Source: Eledone cirrhosa (lineage: Eukaryota). Taken from it: 64,000 nt of DNA. The stretch is from NCBI GenBank assembly GCA_964016885.1, contig OZ024742.1:31434001-31498000 (forward strand), read 5' to 3'. The number at the start of each line of letters is the position of its first letter. Position 1 is the first letter of the stretch. The translations under genes and the position numbers were made by a program. The notes below the pieces were generated by a model. The model saw only the letters and a list, made by a program, of their open reading frames with translations. It searched no databases and was not told the DNA's origin. Below, piece after piece: positions 27,533 to 42,174 of the stretch.

Positions 27533-28070
27533 TTGGCAAATCACTGACGAAGGACTAATTTTATCATATGTAACCCATGTGCAACCACGCAGTATTCTTC
27601 TTTCTTCTCATGTTTTATATATGGACCACCTGTAACTCCTGGTAGAGTCGTATGGGCGCAGTAGTAACATATGGACACTTTTGGGAGCACTTTGTTTAAA
27701 CCAGCAGGAACCCAGCGTTTCTCCAGATCTGTATACGGCTATTGAGAGAGGGGGGGGGGGTGAGAATGGGAGTGAGAAAGAAAGAGAGAGAGAGTGAGAG
27801 AGAGAAAGAGAATGGGAGTGAGAAAGAGAGAGAGAGAGTGAGAGAGAGAAAGAGAATGGGAGTGAGAAAGAAAGAGAGAGAGAGAGTGAGAGAGAGAAAG
27901 AGAATGGGAGTGAGAAAGAGATATAAAGGAAGAATCTACCTCTGTACTTTACAGGTACTTTTTTTATCGACCCTGAGAGAAGAAAAGCAAAGTTGACCGC
28001 AAAGAACCGGAACGAATACCACAAAGCATTCCATCAAAGGTTCTAACTTCTCCACCAATTTGTCGCCTAT

Positions 28071-28172
<102 letters not shown>

Positions 28173-28323
28173 ACACATATACATGTAAGTAGAAGTTATA
28201 TTTAATTTGTTGGAAGTCCGACAACTATAAATGTTTATAACTGATTTAGAGCACTGAACAGTTTACTGGAGTAAATATTCGATGATATTTAATAAATGGA
28301 AACTATATTTATAAAACCATATT

Positions 28324-28388
28324 TATTTTATTATATATATTTCAAGGGCAACCAAGACAACATTGGTGCGCTTTCATCAGATAAAATA
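28324..28388 (-). ncRNA. Minimal type I HHR, family W
   Basis: tattttat CTGATGA aagcgcacca...tggttgccctt GAAA tatata TA ataaaata. Confidence 0.8.
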
Positions 28389-28593
28389 CAAAGTTTGTTT
28401 TATAAATAGAGACATACCCATGAAAACCATACCTTATCGGCTGGAAATTCATTGGATAGTCATGTATACATGTATATATGTATATATGTATATGAATATA
28501 AATATATTTGTATATATACATATATATATGTGTATATATATATTGATATTAACACGCAAACACACACAGGCATATATATACACATACATAAAC

Positions 28594-28749
<156 letters not shown>

Positions 28750-29141
28750 AGTGACATTCATGAATGGCACTGATTGGATTCCAACGATAAAACAACAACA
28801 TTAAACAGCAGTAGTGTTCTGTTGGTTTTTACACTGGAAAACACCAGGGGGGCTCTTAGTACCACCACCAGCACCACCACCCCACCACTACTACTAGCAC
28901 CACCACCACTACCACCACTACCACCTCTACCACCACCACCACCACTACCACCTCTACCACCACCACCATTACCACCACCACCACCTACAGCACCATATAC
29001 AGCACCACCATAACACATTCACCCTTTCAACAACAGGGAGCTAAATTAAGGCATCTTCTGCTAGCTTAGTGCTGATGAACATTCTAGACATATTTATAAT
29101 CTTATTTATACATGTATATATATATAAATGTATATATATAT

Positions 29142-29228
<87 letters not shown>

Positions 29229-29369
29229 CATATATGTGTGTATATATATATTAGCTAGGAGACCTAAATAGATGAAGCAAGGTGTCATTGAAACGTGATT
29301 CTCGCTATACTTCGTTCTGGATGTTTGAGAAGTCAATGTCATCTGTGTTGGGAGACTGACATTGGATTT

Positions 29370-29429
<60 letters not shown>

Positions 29430-29431
<2 letters not shown>

Positions 29432-29505
29432 CGGTCCCTTGGCTTAATTGTTTAAAGCGACTAACCGGTATCTGGCAGATATAGGGTTCGATTCCTCAAA
29501 GCAAC
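29430..29505 (+). other. tRNA-like SINE head or tRNA pseudogene (related fragment at 61342-61384, minus strand)
   Basis: tggcttaattg (A-box-like) and gggttcgattcc (B box); ccggtatctgg.agata..gggttcgattcctc is shared by both copies. Confidence 0.5.
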
Positions 29506-29591
29506 CAATGGTAATTTCTTTTTCTATCTTTAAGTCTTCACTCTATTTTATAAGTTATTTTACAGCATCTCGGCGCATTAGCATACCATTC

Positions 29592-29649
<58 letters not shown>

Positions 29650-29864
29650 ATATTTTAAATCGAACTTTAGCTGCAGTACACCAAGTTCTATCCGATTTGT
29701 CTGAGGCAATTACAAAGTATTCAATGGATCGAAAGTTAAAAGCAAACATATAAGTCCAGAGGTAAGACCGTAGTTATAAAGTGTGACACCAAGAATATAT
29801 ATATATATATAGGGAAATAAGATAACAAGGACGATTGGTTACTCCTTCATTACGTTTATTGGTT

Positions 29865-29943
29865 GGTGACGCGCGTTTCGCCACTGATCAGCTCGATCTG
29901 TATCGATCTGACCCGACTCTGTAATCCGCGGCTCGTCAGACCC
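29865..29943 (-). ncRNA. Minimal type I HHR with GUC cleavage triplet
   Basis: ggt CTGACGA gccgc...gtggc GAAA cgcgcg TC acc. Confidence 0.78.
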
Positions 29944-30318
29944 CTTGTAATGGCTTGATTTGACACCTTGGACTATTCTCTCAGGTTGACAGTGTCTTGT
30001 GTGTGGAATTTGGTGGACGGAATCTCTGTGGAAGCCCGTTATGTATTGGATAATTTCTCCATTTTTTTTTCGAGATATGTTGTCTGTTGACACTGATGTA
30101 TCGATGAAAAATCAATTCCATTCTTTGGTTGCCTTTGACTACAAAGTATGGACGATTATTTAGCTTCGATTTCCCCGTCAATCATCATCATCATCATCAC
30201 CATCATCATCAGCATCATTGTCATCATCAACATCATCATCAATATCATCATCGTCCTCATCAACATCATCATTCTCACCATCATCATTATCATCATCAAT
30301 ACCATCAACACCATCATT

Positions 30319-30387
<69 letters not shown>

Positions 30388-31097
30388 ACCATTATTATTA
30401 TCATCATCACCACCATTATCGCCATCATCATCATCATTATCATCACCTTCATCGTCGTCATCATTCTCCTCCTCCTCCTCCTCCTCCTCCTCCTCCTCCT
30501 CCGGAAATTTTAGTCCCGCTGATGTCTCGGACAATCTCGTTTTTCTGATGGCTGCCACATCTAAATTTAGGCTGTCTTTGTTTCCATGCCACCTCAAGAC
30601 CATCTTTAATAACGTAAAGATGGGAAAAGCCACTTCTTTGTTCTAAACGCTAGTAACGCTAGTAACGTTAGTAACGCTAGTAACGTTAGTAACGCTAGTA
30701 ACGCTAGGAGCCCAGGGCTTTAGGACAGTTTAGCCGGGGAAAGCGGGTGGTTTGGTGGTTAGGGTGTTGTGGGTTCGATTCCTGGAGCAAGTTTTCTTTA
30801 GTAAAATATTTTATTTCACGTTGTTTTTTCTATCAGGAGTTGTGACCAACAGATAGTATCAGCAAAGGAAAGACCAATGGAAACATTACATCCCTGGTCC
30901 GTTCTGACGATCAGTTCTTTTCTTCTGCCTGCAGTTGTTGTACTAACAGATAGTATCAGCAATGGAAAGACTAATGGAAAGACCAATGGAAACATTACAT
31001 CCCTGGTCCGTTCTGACGATCAGTTCTTTTCCTGGCTTTTCTTTAACCAGGGAAATAATAAAAAAAAAATACAAAAGATAATGACGAAGAAGACTGT

Positions 31098-31156
<59 letters not shown>

Positions 31157-31968
31157 GGTGGTGGTGGCAAACTCTGATGATAAATAGGAGTGAGGTGGGT
31201 GGGGAGGAAGAACGAGGAGGAGGAAGGTGTGTGTGATGATGGGGGGGGGCATGTGATGGTAGAAGGGAATGAGGAAGGGTAGGAGGTGGAGGAGTATGTG
31301 ATGATGGACGGGAAGGAGGGCGGGGGGGGGGGGGGGTATGTGATGATAGCGGGGGAAGAGGGGGAGAAGAACGCCGAAGAATTCACACTTCAGAAGGAAT
31401 TGCAAGGAATGGGGCGAAGCATATCCAACATATTTCTCATAACACTGTAATGAATAAAGGGTTAAACACATATGTGTGTATGCATGTATGTGTATGTGTG
31501 TATGTGTATGTGTGTATGTATGTATGTATGTATGTATGTATGTATGTATGTATGTATGTATGTGTGTGTATGTATGTGTGTGTGTGTGTGTATGTATGTG
31601 TGTGTGTATGTATGTATGTATGTATGTATGTATGTATGTGTGTGTGTATGTATGTGTGTATGTATGTATGTATGCATGTATGTGTGTGTATGTATGTATG
31701 TATATGTGTGTATGTATGTATATATGTGTGTATGTATGTATGCGTATGTATGTATGTATGTATGTATGTATGTATGTATGTATGTATGTATGTATGTATG
31801 TGTGTGTATGTATGTATGTATGTGTGTATGTATGTATGTATGTATGTATGTGTGTGTATGTATGTATGTATGTGTGTGTGTATGTATGTGTGTGTGTGTA
31901 TGTATATATGTATGTATGTATGTGTGTGTGTATATATGTATGTATATACATGTATATGTAATGTATAT

Positions 31969-32086
<118 letters not shown>

Positions 32087-32099
32087 ACATACATACACA

Positions 32100-32710
32100 C
32101 ATGGTGGCTGCCAACTCGTTTTCGAGTACGGCCACTACTTTATATCCATGTAGGAGAACCCCTACCGATGCGCTGAACGAGTGTGACTTTTTAGTCCAGC
32201 CAGCGACTTGAAAACTCTGGTACAAACACTACACTTGTGACAATTATTGACACACAGTGCTGAGCCCATGGTACCATGTGACGACAAGTGCAGAGAGATC
32301 TCCAGATATAAAGCAATGCCTGTGCCGTGAAGCTTTTATACTGAGCAAAGGCACTGCACAAAGCCAGTCCCACTCTCTTAACCAAGATGATATTTACCAA
32401 AAAGAAGAACAAGTCAACATCATTGGATACCATCAGGGCTGCAGGTGTTATATCAGAGTTTTCCTTCTCCTAGAATTCTGCCTTGACAAAGGCTAAGGAG
32501 TCATCTCTCCCGGTGATTTTGGATGGCCATTGACTCTTAAGAGCTCCTTTGCCCTTTGACAGGTTTTGTTTTTAGTCCTGCAGGATGTCCAAAGTCACCC
32601 TCCTCACCAAGAAACCTTGGTGGGGTTGCCAGTTTAGTCGCCAACGACCCGACCATGAGATAGGTTGTACTGGAATACATGTTACAAGTAGCACCAAGTG
32701 GTGACCTGAC
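32100..32710 (-). mobile_element. Probable RTE-type LINE 5' region remnant
   Basis: Minus-strand ttagcctttgtcaaggcagaattctaggagaaggaaaactctg and ggtcgggtcgttggcgactaaactggcaacc resemble RTE leader sequences as I recall them; not verified. Confidence 0.4.
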
Positions 32711-33114
32711 ATATACACACATACATACATACATACATACATACATACATACATACATACATACACACATACATACACACATACACACATACATACACAC
32801 ACATACATACATTCATACATACATTCATACATACATATATATATATATATACATATATATATACATATATATATATATATGTGTTTGTGTCTGTATGTGA
32901 TTGAGAATAATTTATATATATATATATATATGTTGAATAGCTGACAATCCCACAGATCTAACCTGAAATATACTACCACTAACTTCTTGAGACATAGTTA
33001 TCATTATGTTGGCATCAGGTACCATAGAAGATTATATGATAAATATAGTGGGATATAAATCTATCTGATAGATATTTTGGTATATAAGTCTATATGATAA
33101 ATATATTAGGATAT

Positions 33115-33992
33115 ATATGTCTGAGATATATATGTTGTGATATAAGTCTATGAGATATATATGTTGTGATATAAGTCTATGAGATATATATGTTGTGATG
33201 TAAGTCTATGAGATATATATGTTGTGATATAAGTCTATGTGATATATATATTGTGATATAAGTCTATGTGATATATATGTTGTGATATAAGTCTATGAGA
33301 TATATATGTTGTGATATAAGTCTATGAGATATATATGTTGTGATATAAGTCTATGAGATATATATGTTGTGATATAAGTCTATGAGATATATATGTTGTG
33401 ATATAAGTCTATGAGATATATATGTTGTGATATAAGTCTATGTGATATATATGTTGTGATATAAGTCTATGAGATATATATGTTGTGATATAAGTCTATG
33501 TGATATATATGTTGTGATATAAGTCTATATGATATATATGTTGTGATATAAGTCTATGAGATATATATGTTGTGATATAAGTCTATGTGATATATATGTT
33601 GTGATATAAGTCTATGTGATATATATGTTGTGATATAAGTCTATGTGATATATATGTTGTGATATAAGTCTATGTGATATATATATTGTGATATAAGTCT
33701 ATGTGATATATATATTGTGATATAAGTCTATGAGATATATATGTTGTGATATAAGTCTATGTGATATATATGTTGTGATATAAGTCTATGTGATATATAT
33801 GTTGTGATATAAGTCTATGTGATATATATGTTGTGATATAAGTCTATGAGATATATATGTTGTGATATAAGTCTATATGATATATATGTTGTGATATAAG
33901 TCTATGAGATATATATGTTGTGATATAAGTCTATGTGATATATATGTTGTGATATATGTCTGAGATATATATGTTGTGATATAAGTCTATGT
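33115..33992. repeat. 29-bp minisatellite g(a/t)gatatatatgttgtgatataagtctat, about 30 copies
   Basis: Direct inspection. Confidence 0.95.
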
Positions 33993-34382
33993 AATAAATT
34001 GTTAATCTTTTGATAATTTATGTAAATATATAAACTAAACCAAATATAATAAATAAACTGTTACTAACTTTTCTGACACTAAAAACAAACAAACAAAAAC
34101 TCTGCACGTGACTGTCTCGTAAGTAAGACGAGGTTTTGTTTGACCAGCGTCTCGGACGAATCTAGATATGAATCGGATGAAATGAACGAAAAACCATTTT
34201 GGATTTGATAAACTTTTTAAGGTAAAAAATACCTCTAGGGAACGTAACTGAGTTAAAAAATCTTTATATTGTCTAGTATGGACATTTTTATACTCGCAGT
34301 TACGCTTGCCTCGATGTAACTTTAGATTGTATACACCGATTACTTACAGTATTTTCCTAACACATTATTATCGATAATTTTA

Positions 34383-34600
34383 GGGCGGTGGATTGGCAGT
34401 ATCGGAAGAGGGTCGGACGCCATGTTTTGCAGCATAGTTACGGTCCTTTACGATCTGAGCTTAAATCCCGCCGAGGTTAACTTTCCCTTTCATCCTTAGG
34501 GGGTCGATAAAATAAAGCACCAGTAACGTACTGGGGTCGATTTAATCGACCCCGTCCCCCAAATTACTGGCCTTGTGCCTATACTAGAAATCATTATTAT
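34383..34600 (+). mobile_element. Near full-length SINE of family 1
   Basis: tggcagtatcgg A box, B-box-like motif and conserved body; more copies at about 23010-23127, 36860-37245 (two), 37390-37512, 47022-47227 and 61090-61175. Confidence 0.85.
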
Positions 34601-34659
34601 CGATAATTTTAATAACATTATCACAATAGAAAAGCGAAGAGAAGTGAACCAGTATTTTT

Positions 34660-34815
34660 GAAGGACAATTGTATGATATGGAAAGATTTTACTAGCAAAG
34701 CCAACCAGTAGGAGACTCAGGAATAGACCTCGAGCAAGATGGTTGGATAACATCCATGAGCTTGGTTGGTCTCGCTTGGGGGGATCCAACCAGATCAGTT
34801 GCAGATAGTTGCTTA
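34660..34815 (+). pseudogene. RTE-like LINE ORF C-terminal fragment (second copy at about 55590-55800)
   Basis: Translates RLRNRPRARWLDNIHELGWSRLG, similar to the GRPRxRWxD motif. Confidence 0.55.
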
Positions 34816-35099
34816 TGACAAGAAGAAGACAATTGTATGTAGACATTTATGGAACACATTCTCTCTATGACATAAAGAGAAAACTAAGGGGTAAACTAAT
34901 TTGAATAAGTAATCACAAACTAAGCCAAAATCAAAGATTTCCTCGCAGGGTTGTCGCGTACGGTTTTTATTTTCACTTTTAATGTTAGACCACTTATTAA
35001 CAATTTGCAGTAAGAAAGTAATCAGAGAAAAGAAGAAGGAAAAAATCAAGCTGTACCCCTCCCCCCACAAAATGGAGGAGACATGTACTGAATTGCACG

Positions 35100-35270
35100 C
35101 CACACCAGGAGGCGCTCGAGTTTCCCTCTGTTTTAGTCTTGCAAAGACACTTGCGGCATTGTCACAGGCGATAGCGAGGCTAAGACGCTGGAATAACAAA
35201 GTTTCCTCACGAGTATCACAAGATACTTCAGTAAAGTCAGGTGATAACGTGGCTAAGACGATGGAATAGC
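35100..35270 (-). pseudogene. CRE-like non-LTR C-terminal endonuclease fragment
   Basis: TREETLLFQRLSLAIACDNAASV resembles the FQRLSxAxQRGNA terminal motif. Confidence 0.55.
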
Positions 35271-38219
35271 TAAGTACCATTGCGAATTCCTTACCATTTT
35301 ATTCTGGTTTCTCATGATCTGAGTTCAATTCTCACCGAAACTAACTGTTTAGGGCGGTGGAGAGGCGGACTCGTTAGAGCGGCAGATGGGATGCCTTGTG
35401 ATATTTGTTGAGGTTCTTTGATTTCTGAGTTCGTACTCAACCTAGTCCCTCGTCTGGTTTAACCCCATCACCTGGGCAGTGGCTGTCTGTAGTCTTTAGC
35501 GGGCTCCACTCTAATGCAAGATTTCGAATCAGGTTTCATGTTTAAGAGTTCCCCTCTGTCTGCCTGCCTCCATTCTTTACACCGGTTGCAGAGGCCAGGA
35601 AAAGGCAATGAAACACACACATACACAGACATACACATACACACACACAGACAGACAGACACACATACACACATACAGACAGACACAGACACAGACACAC
35701 ACACATGCGCTCATACACAGAGAGGCCCACACACACAAGCACCCATACACATACATACACATACATACACATACATACACATACATACACACATACACAC
35801 AGAGAGCCACATGCACATATACACATAAACACACATACACAGAGACACACGCACACACACACGCACATACACACATGTACACACATACATACAATATTTC
35901 TATAGTAAGTTGCTATTAATTGCAGCGTACCATTCTACCTTTTAAGTTTGATAAAATAAAAAAAGCCCAAATCCTAAAGAACTCTAGCCACAACTACGTG
36001 TCGATGTAGGCTGAATATAAAACATAAATCTTTATCCCAGAATGCTAAACAAGCGGAACAACTGGCAAGCTAACATACTCTCTGCACCATTTACTCTAAC
36101 TACAGCAGGCTGTTAAATATACCTCCCACTACATAACTACTTCTTACTGAACTTATTTAACCTATTTAGAAGAGAAATTCTAATGAAACAAACAAATAAA
36201 TAAGCAAAACAGAACTCTGTATAAATAAACGAACAGGACGAGATTCACTCTTCACTTTATTTTCTTGTTTGTTGTTGAATTGTAAACTATCTACCAGATG
36301 TCTAGATGACCTGATCACCAGATGATTTGATCACTGGATGACCTGAATACCAGATGATCAGATCACCAGATGATCAGTTAATACAGGTGGCCAACAAGAC
36401 AAAATACCACATATAACTGTCACATACGTAGATCGTATCATCTTATGATAAATAGAGCAATAGAGTGAGTGCATACAACTACAGGCTTTCACGGTTAATG
36501 GATATCACCAAAATAATATTTACTTAACATTTAGTAAGTGTGCAAGATCTACATGTATCGCGGCGCACACGTGTGTGTGTGTATGTGGTTGATGGAATTT
36601 AGGGCTGCAATTAAGAGTGCAAACAGTTCGTTAAGAGTTACTTAGAACACTTTATCTACAAATGTTGTTTGTCAATGTTGTAGTTGGACCAACTTTAAAA
36701 ACAAAATTAAGAGCAACGGAACTTCCACGCATCCTAATTTTTACTGAAATAAAAACAACAACAATAAAATATATAAATAAAAACATAAAAAGGAAAGGAA
36801 CCTATCGTCAGACCAAGGAAACTATATTTCCATTTGTCTTTCCATTATTGATACTATCTTTACGGCCCTTTACGGTCTGAGTTCAAATCCCGCTGAGGTT
36901 AGCTTAACCTTTCATCCTTACGGGGATCGATAAAATAAAGCACCAGTAATGCACTGGGGTCGATTTAATCGACTTTCCCCACCCCCAAAATTGTTGGCCT
37001 TATGCCTATAGTAGAAATCATTATTCATACTATCTAGGGCAGTAGAGCATCGAACAACAGGCTTTGCAGCATAGAGGTACGGCCCTTTATGTTTTGAGTT
37101 CAAATCCCATCGACGAGGTTAGCTTTGTCTTTCATCCTTATAGGGTCAATAAAATAAAGTACCAGTAATGCACTCGGGTCGATTTCATCGACTTTCCCTC
37201 CCACCAAAATTGTTGGCCTTGTGCCAGAATCAGAAACCATTATCGATAGTATCTACCTATCACAACTTTTGGCAGAAGCGTCAGAGCTTCTCTGGTAACA
37301 GGGGGTAGGATTTGATCTCACAACGCTCAGAGCTGGAACAGAAATTGCAATTAATCCTCACCAATTCGCCAATCCTGGATTGTTGTTTTTTATCGACCCT
37401 GAAAGGATGAAATGTAAAGTTGAGCTCGGCTAGATTTAAACTCAGGGTTCAGAGAGCTTCAATATATACCAAGGTATTTCATCCGACGCTCTAACAACTC
37501 TGCCAATTCACCATTAAATAAATTGCAAGTATTCCTTATTTCTGATTCTGTACACCGCATTCTTTTGTCGGCGCCATGCCGTGTGTAAATATCCAGGTAG
37601 ACAGTAGGCAATAATTAATCAGGTAAATTATCAACGAATGACCTTATCACTATCACACAATATGTAATACATACTTTGCCAACAAAAATTATTTTCATGC
37701 ATATAATTAACTGTAGTAGAAAGGCGGCATATATTAAGAATTGAAATTATATAACTAGGGTTACAATCATATGTTTTAGAAAGATATTTTAGCCATGCTG
37801 TGGAAATAGACCCCGTGATTAAACCACAGAGTTCTCAGCAGTCATGGAGAGAAAGCGAATTGACTAATCAAATAATTTCGACTTTCGTCAAAGCCATCGT
37901 CATGATTCGCTGACTTTACTCGAGAGATCGTAGAGAGTAATATACTCCATGAAAGATATAAACTTGATAGGGTTCAAAGTTGGTCAGGCGTATCAATTAT
38001 CTGGAACACTGACACAGCGTGATTCAGGTTAAATTCGTAAACCAAGTTACTGTCATAGGTGTGTTTAACAAATATATTTTGAGTCTCATTGTCAAAACTG
38101 ATCACATATTTAGTACTAAATACGTTATATCGATGGTCCAGTTAACTAGAGAGCAATGCATTCACTACACGTTGAAACGCGCACGAGCGTGCATATATGT
38201 TAATACACATATAGATATG

Positions 38220-38277
<58 letters not shown>

Positions 38278-38345
38278 GCTGTGTGAATGTGTGTGTTTAT
38301 ATATATGTATATATATATGCATGTGTATGTGTATGTGTGTGTGTT

Positions 38346-38378
<33 letters not shown>

Positions 38379-38810
38379 ATGTGTGTGTTTATATATATGT
38401 ATATATATGTGTGTGTGTGTATGTGTGTGTTTTTATATATGTATATATATATGTGTGTGTATGTGTATGTGTTGTGTGTTTATATATATGTATATATGTG
38501 TGTGTGTATGTGTGTGTTTATATATATGTATATATATATATGTGTGTGTGTGTGTCTGTGTGTGTTTTTATATATGTATATATTATCAACGAATGACCTT
38601 ATCACTATCACACAATATGTAATACATACTTTGCCAACAAAAATTATTTGTGGGTGTATGTGTGTGTTTTTATATATGTATATATATGTGTGTGTATGTG
38701 TGTGTTTATATATATGTATATATATGTGTGTATGTGTGTGTTTATATATATGTATATATATATATATGTGTGTGTGTGTATGTGTGTGTTTATATATATG
38801 TATATATATA

Positions 38811-38843
<33 letters not shown>

Positions 38844-38958
38844 GTATGTGTTTATATATATGTATATATATGTGTGTGTGTGTGTGTGTATGTGTGTATT
38901 TATATATATGTTTATATATATGTGTGTGTGTGTGTGTATGTGTGTGTTTTTATATATG

Positions 38959-38995
<37 letters not shown>

Positions 38996-39107
38996 ATGTG
39001 TGTGTTTATATATATGTATATATGTGTGTGTGTTAGGTATTTCTGTAGAAAAGGTAAAGGAAAGAGGAGTGCTCTATATATAGTACAGAGCTATTTAATT
39101 ATGTAAT

Positions 39108-39252
39108 AAACAACACAATAATTATTCCATTTCCTAAGGTCTCATGAAACTAGACGATCTTAATGCTCATCAAATGAAATATTTCATTTGATGAGTATTA
39201 AGATCGTCTAGTTTCATGAAACCTTAGGAAATGGAATAATTATTGTGTTGTT

Positions 39253-39258
<6 letters not shown>
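39108..39258. repeat. About 150-bp hairpin with a degenerate HHR
   Basis: Palindrome centred near 39180; catt-TGATGA...GAAA-ccttagg-aaatg; related to 8710-8880. Confidence 0.65.
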
Positions 39259-39291
<33 letters not shown>

Positions 39292-39318
39292 TGTGTGTAT
39301 GCATGTTTTTATATATTT

Positions 39319-39379
<61 letters not shown>

Positions 39380-39412
39380 AATATATATATATACACACAT
39401 ACATATATATAA

Positions 39413-39444
<32 letters not shown>

Positions 39445-39446
<2 letters not shown>

Positions 39447-40054
39447 GGAAATCCGCTTGGATTTTCCGTTTATTCTGGAGCTTGAAACCGCGGTAAAGGC
39501 ACATATAGTAAGTACAGCGAATTTTTTAAAATTTATTTTAAAACTTTTTCTCTATTTGCTAGACCTTGATTTTATATGTTCTGGCTTGTTAATTTATTAA
39601 CCTGTCGTAGAACCACATTGGCATACGGTTGGATAATACTTGTTTCCCTATATGTATTTTTTACACGTAGGAATTCATACTTTATTATAATTGATCTCCC
39701 CTAAGATAGAGATAAAATTTTGGCCGTTTGGACTGCTGCTATTTCTAGTAGCAGGACATTGACCTGTCCACCCTGCCTTTTGTCTTTGCACACATCACCA
39801 GACAGAATTATTTCTTTCATCATTCGCTCTCATTTGGGAATGGTTTTGTATGGCGTCAGTTTGTGATTTGAACTCGGGAATTTTATATTCTTCGAGGGAG
39901 AAGAGCCTTCTGAAGATTGGTCCCTTCTCAATGGAAATCCGCTTGGATTTTCCGTTTATTCTGGAGCTTGAAACCGCGGTAAAAGCACATATAGTAAGTA
40001 CAGCGAATATTTAAAAATTTATTTAAAAACTTTTTCTCTATTTGCTAGACCTTG

Positions 40055-40062
<8 letters not shown>
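39445..40062 (+). mobile_element. Non-coding HHR element, about 486-bp monomer plus 130-bp direct repeat
   Basis: 39445-39575 is repeated at 39931-40060; HHR at 39905-39986 reads gcctt CTGAAGA...GAAA ccgcgg TA aa(a/g)gc. Confidence 0.72.
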
Positions 40063-40095
<33 letters not shown>

Positions 40096-40511
40096 AAGAG
40101 TGTGTGTGGGGGGGATGTGTGTATGTGTGTGTGTCAACAAAGAGGATAGGGGTGGGGGCGAACATGCCTGAATGTTTATTAAGTCGATATACACAAATAG
40201 AGTCTAATTATCTCAATATGGCGTCTGGGGTCGAATCTCCAGCTAGCCGTGACCACCCACACATTATCTGAATATAGCGTCTGGGGCTGCAGCTCCAGCA
40301 AGCCGTGACCACCCACTCATTATCTAAATATAGCGTCTGGGGTCGGAACTCCAGCCAGCCGTGACCATTCTCGTGGTTTCATGACTGAAGTGACTAAATG
40401 TTCATCGTTGAAAGCGGTGGAGGACCCGCTTGTAGAAATAGAAGACAGGATCGCCACAGATGGAACGAAATTGATCATACGGTTGATTGAACAGGGCTAA
40501 ACAGCAGCAAC

Positions 40512-40711
40512 NNNNNNNNNNNNNNNNNNNNNNNNNNNNNNNNNNNNNNNNNNNNNNNNNNNNNNNNNNNNNNNNNNNNNNNNNNNNNNNNNNNNNNNNN
40601 NNNNNNNNNNNNNNNNNNNNNNNNNNNNNNNNNNNNNNNNNNNNNNNNNNNNNNNNNNNNNNNNNNNNNNNNNNNNNNNNNNNNNNNNNNNNNNNNNNNN
40701 NNNNNNNNNNN
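40512..40711. other. Assembly gap (200 N)
   Basis: Run of N. Confidence 1.
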
Positions 40712-41532
40712 TGTGTGTGTGTGTGTGTGTTATCTATAGGGGCCTACATCTTACGACCGATTTTCATGAAACTTTACAGGCTCATATATTAGTCATCAGG
40801 GAGTGTTTTCTATATATCAGCGTATCGTTTTTTTTTTTATTCCGGGGTCATTCTGCAGATGAAAATCGACAGGGGGGGGGGGGTCACCTTTTTTTGGGGT
40901 ATCGAAAAATAAGATTTTTGGCTCTAGCTCCCACATTTTGCCACCGATTTCGTTCAAATTTTAAAGCAAAATAGAATTTATCATTGCACATCCTGTAATG
41001 GCTTTATATTTTACATTTGTTGTTCAGGAACGGCGTAGCAGCCGCTTAAATATTCGAAAATACCACCTTTTCGCTCAAATTTCCGTCTTTTCGGCTCTAG
41101 CTCCCACATTTTTTCAACCAATTTCGTTCAAATTCGAAACTTCAGCTCCACCCCACACATAAATCAATTTATTTGGTTCAACTTTTATACTACGATAGAA
41201 CCTATCATTGCACATCTTATAGATGGTCAAAGGCAAAACGATGGCCACTGACGTCGTCTGAGCTTTTAGTTGTGTATTTGAGAATTCATCGGTTTCCAAT
41301 CATGTAGCGTGAGGAAATTTGGCTTAGTGTTAGAGGTCATTACCTCCCTCCCCCAGCATGCCCCTTCGTCAGTCACTCGCGTTACTCAGTGTTAGAGGTC
41401 ATCACCACCCTCCCCCGCATGGTAAGTGTGTGGCCATAGATGAGTCATCGAGAAGCAGTCGCTAAGATCAACACCTTTTCATCAAAGCAGATATTATTTT
41501 ACCTACCCAGGAACGCTGGGTACTGCTGCTAG
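40712..41532 (+). mobile_element. Non-autonomous Helitron (5' end probably in the gap)
   Basis: 3' hairpin acccag-gaacg-ctgggt followed by CTAG|T at 41529-41533; (GT)n then accgattttcatgaaactt near the 5' side. Confidence 0.7.
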
Positions 41533-41878
41533 TATATATATATATATATATATTTGTAGTAAGGTTGCTTGGATGCGTCCATAGGCGGTATGCCGGTTGA
41601 GCACTCTATGCTCCTTCGGAGCAGAGTATAATAATATAGAAAACGAAGAATCCGTGATGCATCATTGTTTCTCCGGAGAACAGCTCGAGGTGCGAACTAT
41701 TTGTGGATCGAACCTGACTCTGAACAGACAGAGGATTTGCTTCGAAGTCACTAGACGTATCTGAGGAACTTGTGAATCCAGGGCCACAAATAGATCGCAC
41801 CTCGAGCTGTTCGCCGGAGAAACAATTTTAATACGTTATTAAATTGTGTTCCGATGCATCACTGATTCTTCGTTTTCC

Positions 41879-41972
<94 letters not shown>

Positions 41973-42076
41973 CGCATGTCGATGCTTTGGGATTGCAGGC
42001 ATAGGGTGACCCCGGCCTAGTTGAGCAAGAGCAAGGAGAAGTAGACACACACACATATATATAAATATATATATAT

Positions 42077-42174
<98 letters not shown>

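Noticed and set aside
29430-29505. Functional tRNA gene
   Set aside because: Acceptor and anticodon stems do not pair convincingly; more likely a SINE head or pseudogene
33115-33992. 29-bp repeat array as a CRISPR candidate
   Set aside because: Units are contiguous with no unique spacers, there are no cas genes, and the context is eukaryotic
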